64,000 nt of DNA, taken from an uncultured Anaerolineales bacterium. Its GTDB lineage: Bacteria; Chloroflexota; Anaerolineae; CG2-30-64-16. The notes beneath the pieces were generated by a model. The model was not told the origin of the DNA. It did not search any database and saw only the letters and a list, made by a program, of their open reading frames with translations. This document shows positions 47,329-55,378 of this stretch, in pieces (position 1 is the stretch's first letter; each line of letters begins with the position of its first letter). Location: assembly GCA_964647255.1 (NCBI GenBank), contig CAZYGI010000013.1, positions 1,846-65,845 of the forward strand. The letters run 5' to 3'. Made by a program: the position numbers and the translations under genes.

Positions 47329-49694
47329 GTGACAGCATCGAAGAACGCTTCTATGCCCTGTTGCCGCAGTTGTATCGCCATCGTGACATGCTGCAAGGCC
47401 AGCCCCTGCGCGCGCTCCTGGCCGTGCTTGAAGGAGAGTATCAGGCGCTGAGCCAGGACATGCAGGCCACCTACGACAATTGGTTCGTGGACACCTGCGA
47501 TGAGTGGGTGTTGCCCTACCTGGCCGACCTGCTCGGCATCCGCGGCCTGGACCACGTCCAGCACCTGTTTCCCACCCAGCGCCGCCTCGTGGCCAACGCC
47601 CTGGCCTACCGGCGCCGCAAAGGGACCGCAGCCGTCTTGGAGCACGTCTTGCGCGATGTGACCGGCTGGGACGTGCGGGTGGTCGAATTCTTCCAGCTCC
47701 TATCGGTCACCCAACATCTGTCCGCGCTCCGGCCCAACACCGGCCGCAGCGTGGATCTCCGGGAGTCCCTCGCCCTGTCGCAAGCAGGCGGCGCCTTCGA
47801 GCGCTTTGCGCACACCCTGGATGTAAGAGGCAACGAGGCCGAGCTTGTGCTATCCGGTTCTGACCGAGGGGCCCAGCCATCGAAGTATCACCCGGCTAAC
47901 CTGGGCATCTTCGTGTGGCGGCTGCGCGCCTACCCCCTGGATGACACCTTCGCCCGTCCGGTCGCCGGTTCCGCGCACGCGGGGTGCTTCACCTTCGACG
48001 CGGCCGGTCGTTCGGTGCGCCTGTTCAACCGTCCTCAGCCCGTGGATAGCATCCTGGATCGCGCCCAGGCGCCCAATCTGACCATCCCCCTGACCCGCGC
48101 GTTGCTGGACTCTGACCTGCGGGCCGCAGCAGATGAGGCCGGCAACGGCGCCTATTACGGTCCCGACCGCAGCTTCATGATCAGCTATCGAACCGGACCA
48201 GGCGATCCTTTCCAGCCAGTTCAGCCTGAAGGCCTGCTGGTGGCTGACCTCTCTAGCTGGCGCCTTCCACCAGGCCAGCCATCGGACGCGTCCGGCGGCC
48301 CGAAGATCGTCGCCGTGGATCCGGAACTGGGACGGATGAGGTTTCTCTTGCCGCAGGGGCCCAAGGAGATGGGCGACGTCATCGTCAGCTACACCTATGG
48401 CTTCAACGCCGATTTGGGAGGAGGCGCCTACAGCCGCTACGCAGATCTGCAGGCGCTGGAAAACCTCCCCGAACACGCGCTGCGGATCAGTGTCGCCGAG
48501 GGCGGCCTGAGCGAGCTCCCAGCAATCGCGGACGCAAGTGACCGCGACGCTTTAGATTGGCCGCGTCCACTTCGTACGCTCCAGGCGGCCCTGGACGCGT
48601 GGGAACGCTACTGCGAAGACTGCGCGGTCAAAGACCTGCGGCCGATCGGCGCCATCGTCATCCTGGACAACGGGCGCTACGGCGGCAAGTCGCAGCGCGG
48701 TGACAGCCAAACGCTCGATGCGAGCGGCGATCTGGTGATCCGGCTGCCACAGGGCGCGCAATTGTCCATCATCGCCGCCGATGGCGTGCGACCCTCCATC
48801 CGGCCCTTCAATCGGCTGAGGATCACCACGACGCTCGAGCCAATCCCGCGGAAGGGAGTTGAGCCACGGCTGCTGAGCAAAGCCAGTGAGCCATCCGCGC
48901 CCGATCGCCGCCTGCAGTTAAACGGGATCCTGCTCGAGGGCCGGCCCATCGAGATCAACGACGAGCCATTTGATGGCTTCATAGACCTGGAGCTGAAACA
49001 CTGCACGACTCTGGCATCGGGCATCAGGGTCAAGTTACGCTCGCCACGCTCCCAGGCGTTGCGCGTTCGGATCGAAAATAGCATCGTGGGTGCGGTGCGG
49101 CTTCCCAGTGACACCTTCGAGTTGGCGATCGCCGACAGCATCGTAGATTCGGGCGACGAAGAAGATGCCATCGCGGGGAGTAAACCTGGAGAAATGGGGC
49201 CGGCCACAACACTAGAGCGCGTTACGGTCTTGGGCGCTACACGAGTTCTTGAACTGAAGCTGGCCTCGGATGTGATCTTCACCCAGCCCCTGCATGTCGA
49301 GCACTGCCAAGGCGGGCTGATCCGCCGGTGTTATGTACCGCCGGAAAGCCAGGCGACGCCGCGCCGCGAGCACTGCCAACCCGACCTCGCCCTCGAGGCG
49401 CTCGGTCGCATCACAACACCGCCCGACACGGCCGCTGCCGAGGCGCTTGCCGCTGAAAAGGATCGGCTGCAACGGCGAATACGGCCCATCTTCACATCCA
49501 CCGATCCTGGCCATCCCGGCTACGCGCAGTTGCACCCTTCAACCGCCGTCGAGATACGGAGCGGCGGCCAGGCCGGTGCAGAAATGGGCGCATTTCATGA
49601 CCTGTACGAACATCAACGCGTGGCAAACCTGCGCCGAGCGTTGGACGAGTACTTGCCGCTGGGCAAGCAGGTCAGCATCCATTTCGTGACCTAG
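47325..49694 (+). CDS. P2 gpI-like baseplate/tail protein (Afp12/Cis12-like)
   Basis: The N-terminal ERFYALLPQLYRHRD...LRALLAVLEGEYQAL...WFVDTCDEWVLPYLADLLGI is the phage-tail-protein-I-type domain signature. Confidence 0.75.
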   Translation: MSDSIEERFYALLPQLYRHRDMLQGQPLRALLAVLEGEYQALSQDMQATYDNWFVDTCDEWVLPYLADLLGIRGLDHVQHLFPTQRRLVANALAYRRRKGTAAVLEHVLRDVTGWDVRVVEFFQLLSVTQHLSALRPNTGRSVDLRESLALSQAGGAFERFAHTLDVRGNEAELVLSGSDRGAQPSKYHPANLGIFVWRLRAYPLDDTFARPVAGSAHAGCFTFDAAGRSVRLFNRPQPVDSILDRAQAPNLTIPLTRALLDSDLRAAADEAGNGAYYGPDRSFMISYRTGPGDPFQPVQPEGLLVADLSSWRLPPGQPSDASGGPKIVAVDPELGRMRFLLPQGPKEMGDVIVSYTYGFNADLGGGAYSRYADLQALENLPEHALRISVAEGGLSELPAIADASDRDALDWPRPLRTLQAALDAWERYCEDCAVKDLRPIGAIVILDNGRYGGKSQRGDSQTLDASGDLVIRLPQGAQLSIIAADGVRPSIRPFNRLRITTTLEPIPRKGVEPRLLSKASEPSAPDRRLQLNGILLEGRPIEINDEPFDGFIDLELKHCTTLASGIRVKLRSPRSQALRVRIENSIVGAVRLPSDTFELAIADSIVDSGDEEDAIAGSKPGEMGPATTLERVTVLGATRVLELKLASDVIFTQPLHVEHCQGGLIRRCYVPPESQATPRREHCQPDLALEALGRITTPPDTAAAEALAAEKDRLQRRIRPIFTSTDPGHPGYAQLHPSTAVEIRSGGQAGAEMGAFHDLYEHQRVANLRRALDEYLPLGKQVSIHFVT

Positions 49695-49750
49695 TTGCAG
49701 GGATGCGCCGCTGCGCGGTCAGGCATTTTCCACAGACAATGAAGGTAACA

Positions 49751-51655
49751 ATGCGAGGCGATTTCTCACGTTCGACATTTGATCCCAAGCAACACTACAC
49801 CACCGTGCGCATGCAACAGGGCCGGATGCAGCTTGATGCCGACTGGAACGAGCAGATGGACATCCTGTTGCACCTGCTGCGCGTCCAGGCGCAAGACCTG
49901 CTAGGCCCTTACGGCGCACCTGCGCGTTCGGCCGGTTTCGCCATCTCGCTGCCGGAGCGCGGCGGTCTTCAGGACGATCTGCGCATCGCGGCCGGCCGTT
50001 ACTACGTTGACGGCATCCTGGTGGAAAACGATAGCGACACGTTGTTCCGTGCGCAACCGTATTGGCCCAATGCTGACCTGCGGGAGGCCATGCATGACGC
50101 CGACCGCTGCGTGATCTATCTGGATGTGTGGGAGCGACATCTGAGCGGCGCCGAGGCGCCGTCGCTCCTCGAGCCTGCCCTGGGCGGCCTCGATACCACC
50201 ACCCGCACCCAGACCGTGTGGCAGGTGAAACGATGGCCGGCGACCTCCTCGGACAAAGTTCCCCAACCAGCTACGAACAAGGGCCTGTTGAGCGCATGGA
50301 GCCAATGGCGTGATGCGCAGAGCCGACCAGGCGGTTCGGTCGGTCGTGGCGCGCTGCGCCCCAGGGTGACACCGGCCGGTTACGGCCTGACCAATCAGCT
50401 TTATCGGGTCGAAATCCACACCGGAGGCGATGAAGCGACGTTCAAGTGGTCGCGGAACAACGGCTCGGTCACGTTTGTTGTGACGAGCCTACAATTCAAA
50501 GACGCGCTGCTGACGGTCACGTTGGAAGGTGTATCGGCGGCGACGGACCTACAGGTGGGCGACTGGTTGGAACTGGCTGATCCGTCGTACGAGCTAAGCT
50601 CGCGGCCGGCGCCGCTGTTCAAGATCCACGACTCACCCAACTGGGATTCCGCGTCCGCGACGGTCAACCTGGTTCCCGCGACCGCTCCGAGCGAACAAGA
50701 CCGCCAGGAGATCGAGGCCATTGGACAGCACCTATCCCAAGGCAGGCAGATCCAACTGGATGGCATGCGCACAGTCCTGCGGCGTTGGGACCACAATGAG
50801 CATGCCCAGGGGAACAGCGCCGGCCTGGATGGCGCCATCGCGGTGCGACCCAACCAGTGGCTGCCCCTTGAAAACGGCATCGAGGTCCGCTTTGAGGGCG
50901 CCAGTGACCTGCGCACAGGCGACTACTGGCTTATTCCTGCCCGCAGCGAGACCGAGGGCTATTCGCTCCTCTGGCCAGTTGAACCCGCACAGGTCAATGC
51001 AACCCGCAGTGAGGCGTCAGCCGTCGATCCGACTGCCCCTGAAGCAGCATCACAAAGTCTCTCGTATGCGAAGCAACCTGCGCAGCGGATCGAACACCAT
51101 CTTGCCCCTTTGGCGGTGCTCTTCCGCGACGGAACAGCTCCGGCCGTGTCCGACCTGCGAACGCTCTTCCAGCCCGTTGTCGGCTTCGAATCTGACGAAA
51201 CCGCTATCGAGCAACGCCTGCAGGGTGCGATTGACGCGCTGAGGGGCGAAATCACCCAAATGTCGTCTGCGGTCTACCCGGTGGCCGATCCCAGCGCCGG
51301 CCTCGAATCAGGCCAGGTGGTTGCCCTGGATCCGGTCAGCGGCGGCATCGAGCTGGCCAAACGCAGCAATGCATCCCTTGTCGTCGGCGTGACGCTCGGT
51401 CCCTTTGGCGACTGGGAGGAGCGGAAACAGGCAACCCCAAGCTACCGGGTAGCGCAAACCGGCCGCCACCAATGCCTGGTGCGCGGTCGGATTGAGCCCG
51501 GCGACCTGCTGGTACCCTCGGATGTGCCCGGCTATGCCATGTCGGCAGGACTGATTATCCAGCCAGGCGCGGTGATCGGCAAGGCGCTACAGGCCCACCA
51601 CCCAACCGATGTCAAAGAGGTTGCAACGATCGCCATCATGGTGACCTTACAGTAA
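49751..51655 (+). CDS. DUF6519-like protein (CIS-associated, function unknown)
   Basis: Start set at MRGDFSRSTFDPKQHYTTVRMQQGRMQLDADWNEQ (ATG 49751). I recall this N-terminal motif from DUF6519-type proteins encoded at the distal end of eCIS loci (memory only). Confidence 0.6.
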   Translation: MRGDFSRSTFDPKQHYTTVRMQQGRMQLDADWNEQMDILLHLLRVQAQDLLGPYGAPARSAGFAISLPERGGLQDDLRIAAGRYYVDGILVENDSDTLFRAQPYWPNADLREAMHDADRCVIYLDVWERHLSGAEAPSLLEPALGGLDTTTRTQTVWQVKRWPATSSDKVPQPATNKGLLSAWSQWRDAQSRPGGSVGRGALRPRVTPAGYGLTNQLYRVEIHTGGDEATFKWSRNNGSVTFVVTSLQFKDALLTVTLEGVSAATDLQVGDWLELADPSYELSSRPAPLFKIHDSPNWDSASATVNLVPATAPSEQDRQEIEAIGQHLSQGRQIQLDGMRTVLRRWDHNEHAQGNSAGLDGAIAVRPNQWLPLENGIEVRFEGASDLRTGDYWLIPARSETEGYSLLWPVEPAQVNATRSEASAVDPTAPEAASQSLSYAKQPAQRIEHHLAPLAVLFRDGTAPAVSDLRTLFQPVVGFESDETAIEQRLQGAIDALRGEITQMSSAVYPVADPSAGLESGQVVALDPVSGGIELAKRSNASLVVGVTLGPFGDWEERKQATPSYRVAQTGRHQCLVRGRIEPGDLLVPSDVPGYAMSAGLIIQPGAVIGKALQAHHPTDVKEVATIAIMVTLQ

Positions 51656-51667
51656 GGAGGATGGATC

Positions 51668-52444
51668 ATGATTAACTTCAAGAATGGGGGCTTTCTGCTG
51701 GGATTGCTGGCGGGTGCGGCGCTGACGGCGCTGTTAGGCATCTTCGTGCTGACGCTGATCCAAACCGCCAGGCCTGCGCCGGTCGTGACGCCAACCGACA
51801 CGCCCACAACCGAGCCAACGCACACGCCTACACCAGTCACGCTAACCGACACGCCCACAACCGAGCCAACGTACACGCCCACACCAGTCATGCTAACCGA
51901 CACGCCCACAACCGAGCCAACGTACACGCCCACCCAGACGCCTACACCGGCTACGCCTACGGTTACCCCGGCAGTGCCATCTGTGACCCCAAACACTGTG
52001 GGTGGATCCGGGGGGAGTCCCTATTCGTTAGCCTGTCCGCCAGGATCCGCGGCCACTGGCATCCAGGGGCGGGCTGGTAGTAACGTCAACCAGGTGCGGG
52101 TGCGGTGTCAGGGCATCGTCGATGCGACGCTCTCCGGGGCGAGCTCAACGACAGCCAGCGCGGGCGGCGGGGGAGGCTCTCCCTATGACCTGGGCTGCCC
52201 CGCTGGCTACGTTGTAGTAGGCATCCGCGGGAGGGTCGGGAACGGTGGCGCAGGGGTCGTGGATATGCTGGGCGTTGACTGCGCCGCACCGGCGGGAGGC
52301 CCCACGTTTACCACCGCCTCGGTTGGGACGATCTTCGGCGGTTCAATCGAGTATAGCCTGAGGTGCCCAGCCGGCACGATCGTCAGGGGTCTGCAAGGAA
52401 GAGCAGGGGACCTCGTCGACGCCATCGGGCTGCAATGCCAATAG
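51668..52444 (+). CDS. membrane-anchored protein with a Thr/Pro tandem-repeat linker and three Cys-containing lectin-like (jacalin/beta-prism-like) repeats
   Basis: AAGGAGG 7 nt upstream. N-terminal TM GGFLLGLLAGAALTALLGIFVLTLI. The 17-aa TDTPTTEPT(H/Y)TPTPV(T/M)L unit occurs about 2.7 times. Three repeats of GG(S/G)GGSPY.L.CP.G....GI.GR.G......V.C. Confidence 0.7.
   Translation: MINFKNGGFLLGLLAGAALTALLGIFVLTLIQTARPAPVVTPTDTPTTEPTHTPTPVTLTDTPTTEPTYTPTPVMLTDTPTTEPTYTPTQTPTPATPTVTPAVPSVTPNTVGGSGGSPYSLACPPGSAATGIQGRAGSNVNQVRVRCQGIVDATLSGASSTTASAGGGGGSPYDLGCPAGYVVVGIRGRVGNGGAGVVDMLGVDCAAPAGGPTFTTASVGTIFGGSIEYSLRCPAGTIVRGLQGRAGDLVDAIGLQCQ
51793..51932 (+). repeat. 51-bp in-frame tandem repeat (about 2.7 copies) encoding the Thr/Pro linker
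   Basis: Copies start at 51793, 51844 and 51895, with only a few substitutions. Confidence 0.9.
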
Positions 52445-52573
52445 GCGCGACTGCGAGCAGCCGCGCAACCGGTCTCTGTGCCCGGTTTCAGCCTGTCAGA
52501 CGGCGCCTGAAGTGCTATCGTTGGAGGCCGCGCGCGCTGCTCGTGAGCGTCCCAGACGCAAAGGAGTCATAGA

Positions 52574-52620
52574 CCGCCGGCAAAGCCGGCGGCTTGAGAT
52601 TTGAGCCGCTCAAAGCGGCT
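52574..52620 (+). other. two consecutive perfect short hairpins downstream of the last CIS gene
   Basis: CCGCCGGC-AAA-GCCGGCGG (52574-52592) and AGCCGCT-CAA-AGCGGCT (52604-52620). Neither has a clear U-tract. Confidence 0.6.
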
Positions 52621-52767
52621 AGCGGAGCGCCTGACGGCGCGTCTGAAGCACGTTTCGCCGTGCCAATTGACATGCGTCTGCCGTCCAGTTCGGGGAACAC
52701 AACCAAACGATGCCTCTATGTGCGACATCGCGCTTGCAGCCCGATCTCGTGTACGCTAGACTGTCTT

Positions 52768-52887
52768 GGGAGTCGTGCAGAGCCACCTTGCGGGAATCTT
52801 GAGCGGTTCACGCTGGCGGATTCCACACGACTCCCGGAACTGTCAAACTCTACAAGTCTCCCCGGCAGAGCCGGGGGTTTCCCTTTT
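52768..52887 (+). ncRNA. candidate structured small RNA or leader remnant ending in an intrinsic terminator
   Basis: A perfect 10-bp long-range pairing, GGGAGTCGTG (52768-52777) with CACGACTCCC (52826-52835), is followed by the hairpin CCCCGGC-AGA-GCCGGGG (52860-52876) and GTTTCCCTTTTC. No convincing ORF spans it. The promoter is only weakly supported (TTGCAG-N17-TAGACT around 52734-52762). Confidence 0.25.
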
Positions 52888-52893
52888 CAATGA

Positions 52894-53060
52894 TCATGCC
52901 AGCAAAGGGTACTTCTGCCACACCGGCCGATCGGCCGCATCATAGTCCCATTGGGTGACGAACGTGCCGCCGCCCGTTCCGCTGACGACTTTGGTCGCTT
53001 GGGGTCACGCAGCCGCGCGTCGTAGGTCCAACTGGCTCTGCCGGAACTATCGCTCAGGCT
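52894..53060 (-). pseudogene. RHS/YD-repeat gene remnant (frameshifted fragment)
   Basis: Minus-strand translations give ...SWTYDARLRD (one frame) and PQATKVVSGTGGGTFVTQWDYDAADRPVWQKYPLLA* (frame shifted by 1 nt near 53004). Both contain YD-repeat-like motifs (xTYDA, WDYDAADR). Confidence 0.45.
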
Positions 53061-53064
53061 GCGC

Positions 53065-53147
53065 TCACGGCGTCACATCCCAGTCGTACCAGAACACGTC
53101 CGCCAGGTAGCGATAAGCCGCATCCGAACCCACCAGCAGCGCCATCT
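53065..53147. repeat. right copy of the 83-bp direct repeat (att-like); coincides with the last 27 codons (including the stop) of the PLD-like gene
   Basis: See 25675..25757. The offset between copies is 27,390 bp. Confidence 0.9.
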
Positions 53148-54990
53148 CCCGGTTGAGCTTGGCCGAGACCTCCCCGCCGTTCAGGCTGCCGGCCACAACC
53201 CACCCCTGGCCGCCGATCTGCGCCAACACCAGCTTGTTGTGGATGCCGGCCCCGGTCGGGTTGCGCCGCCGCGCCTGCAAGTCCAGCCCTTCACTTTGGG
53301 CGATATAGCTCAAATACTCCACCGTGCGCAGGTTGCTGCGCGGGCTCTCCAGATCCTGGTTGTCGAAGAACGCGTCCAGCAGCACGCGCACGGTCGCGCC
53401 TCGCCGCGCGGCCGCGATGTAGGCCAGCAGCCGCGGGTTGGGATCGGCGGTCACATTGCTGCTCTCCGCGCCAAAATACGTATTTTCATACAGCTGCTCC
53501 ACCAGGATCGTGTCGCCCGCCCCGGCGCGGTTCACCAGCCCCAGCAGGCTGTCCTGGTCTCGCAGCGCCTGCTCCGGCGAGTGAATAAGCTGGAAGGTGA
53601 ACGTCCCTTCGGCGAAGAGCGGCAGTGGCTTGCGGATCGGATAGAAGCTGCCGCCGGACTCGTACGACGGGATATAACCGCTTGGCGGCGCGCCCAGGGT
53701 CACGTCGCCGGCATCCCAAACCCAGATGTCCTGCTGGACACCCGGCGCGATGTCGGCGTCCATGATGGCGGTCAGCTCTGCCACCACCGACGGCGCATCG
53801 GTCGCCAGGTACACCCCGCGGCGGCCGAGCGTGCCGTCACTCTTGTCATCGTCGGGGAACGCCTCTGCATTCGGGTTCTCGCTGCCGATCAGCGCTGTGT
53901 CGCCGTCCAGCACCCAGAACTTGCCGTGCTGGTAGGTGTAGCGGTCATGGATGCCGGCCGCCGAATTCGAACGAAAGTAATACGCGCGGCCGCCGGCCTG
54001 GACGATCTGCTGCACGATCCACCGCTGCTGGTCGCTGATCCCGCCGGGCGGAGCGCCTTCCAAGATCATCTCGACCGCGACGCCCGCGCGCGCCCGTGCA
54101 ACCAAGATCTCGCCCAACCGCGCGTTATCGAATGTATATCCCTCGAAGCGGATGCTGACGTGCGCCCCTTGGAGAAGCGCCTTGAGCGCCGCAAAGGAGT
54201 TGTCCGGCGCGAGGAAAACCTCCAGGGTCGCCGCCTCTGTGGCGACGTGCGGCACAAAGAAGCGCTCCAGTTGCCAGCCGGGATATTGTGCCTTTCGGCC
54301 GTTGATGAGGTCGTCCGGATCCGAGGCCCAATCCGCTCGGGTGTCGGTGTCGGCAACGGGCAGGCCGGTGCGCTGATCCAGCTTGCGGTACAGGATCTGA
54401 CCTGCCTCGCCAAAGTTTACAGAGGGCTTGTACGGGGTGACTGCCGCGCCGCGCCAGCCAGCCGAAACGACGTCGCCGCCTTCGTAAACCAGGACATCGC
54501 TGTAGCTGCCGCTCGGACTGCCCAGCGTCACTCGTCCGCCGGTGTTGCCCAATGTGAACGCCGTGCCGGTCAAATCCGGCACCGCCGGATCGGTGTCGCC
54601 GCCGTACTCACACGCCGGCTTGAACCCGAAAGTTAGCGTGAAAGAAACCGCCTTGCGGGCGCACCACAACTTGGTTTGCGCGTCCAGGGCCATTCCGTTC
54701 GGAAATGCCACCGTGCGGCTGCCCACCGTCACCTTCCAGCCCGCCAAAGATGCCGCGGCCGAGAGTGGGTTGTAGACCTGAAACGCCTCGTCCGGCTCGC
54801 CGGACAGATACGTGTCATAGTACAACGCGGAGAGCAGCAGGGGCGGATCGCCGGTGCGAAAGCTACGTCCGATCAAGGGCAGGTAAACGCGACGGGGTGG
54901 GGGCGCTGCCGGCCCGCCGTAAGCAGGCACAGCCATAGCAAGCGCCACACTGGAGATCAAGACCGCCAGGAGCAACGGGCGAGGTCGCAT
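53065..54990 (-). CDS. secreted phospholipase D-family (two HKD motifs) protein with an N-terminal lamin-tail-like domain
   Basis: Signal peptide MRPRPLLLAVLISSVALAMA. HKD motifs HGKFWVLDGDTALIGSEN and HNKLVLAQIGGQGWVVAGSLN. The N-terminal LLSALYYDTYLSGEPDEAFQVYNP..LAGWKV is LTD-like. Confidence 0.8.
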   Translation of the reverse strand: MRPRPLLLAVLISSVALAMAVPAYGGPAAPPPRRVYLPLIGRSFRTGDPPLLLSALYYDTYLSGEPDEAFQVYNPLSAAASLAGWKVTVGSRTVAFPNGMALDAQTKLWCARKAVSFTLTFGFKPACEYGGDTDPAVPDLTGTAFTLGNTGGRVTLGSPSGSYSDVLVYEGGDVVSAGWRGAAVTPYKPSVNFGEAGQILYRKLDQRTGLPVADTDTRADWASDPDDLINGRKAQYPGWQLERFFVPHVATEAATLEVFLAPDNSFAALKALLQGAHVSIRFEGYTFDNARLGEILVARARAGVAVEMILEGAPPGGISDQQRWIVQQIVQAGGRAYYFRSNSAAGIHDRYTYQHGKFWVLDGDTALIGSENPNAEAFPDDDKSDGTLGRRGVYLATDAPSVVAELTAIMDADIAPGVQQDIWVWDAGDVTLGAPPSGYIPSYESGGSFYPIRKPLPLFAEGTFTFQLIHSPEQALRDQDSLLGLVNRAGAGDTILVEQLYENTYFGAESSNVTADPNPRLLAYIAAARRGATVRVLLDAFFDNQDLESPRSNLRTVEYLSYIAQSEGLDLQARRRNPTGAGIHNKLVLAQIGGQGWVVAGSLNGGEVSAKLNREMALLVGSDAAYRYLADVFWYDWDVTP

Positions 54991-54998
54991 GATTAGCC

Positions 54999-55232
54999 TT
55001 AACTGCCATCAGAACCTATGCGGAGCAGGACGTCCATCGGTTCATCCCGCACCACAGCGCCATGCGGACACGCTGAAACACACACCAGGCAGGCCCGGCA
55101 GCGCACATGCTGGATGATGGGCAGATCACCGCGCTCCGGCTGGACGATGGCGCGTGTGCGGCAGACAACCCGGACCTGACAGGTCGAGCACGTCCGGCAT
55201 AGGGACCGATCCACGCGAGGAAGCGTTCGCAT
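54999..55232 (-). CDS. small 4Fe-4S dicluster ferredoxin-like protein
   Basis: CRTCSTCQVRVVC and CRACLVCVSACP cysteine clusters. GGAG 8 nt upstream of the ATG. Confidence 0.65.
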   Translation of the reverse strand: MRTLPRVDRSLCRTCSTCQVRVVCRTRAIVQPERGDLPIIQHVRCRACLVCVSACPHGAVVRDEPMDVLLRIGSDGS

Positions 55233-55378
55233 CGCAAAAACTCCGCCCGGAGTATAGCGCGGGATAGCATACGCGGCAAATCGTGATTGACACCGCGCCC
55301 CTCAGGTGTTATAGTGGCCTCGTCAGCACGCTGCCGGAACCCGGCACATTCTCACCTTAATCCGCACGGGGGCCAGAT

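Noticed and set aside
52594-52893. 99-aa plus-strand ORF in the island tail
   Set aside because: There is no RBS and the composition is Cys/Ser/Arg-rich and odd. It is threaded through hairpins and a terminator, so an RNA element or decayed DNA explains it better.
25758-53064. Search for an integrase, recombinase or transposase inside the island
   Set aside because: No ORF with tyrosine-recombinase (R..H-x-x-R..Y), serine-recombinase or DDE-like features was seen by eye. This is recorded as a negative result, not proof. An HMM scan should confirm it.
53239-54636. 465-aa plus-strand ORF opposite the PLD-like gene, and the 586-aa minus ORF (59673..61433) opposite thrS
   Set aside because: The partner strands carry unmistakable HKD and class II aaRS motifs. 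These are antisense artefacts.
55016-55279. 87-aa alternative-frame ORF overlapping the ferredoxin-like gene
   Set aside because: The 54999..55232 frame carries two CxxCxxC...C clusters. The alternative frame has no motifs.
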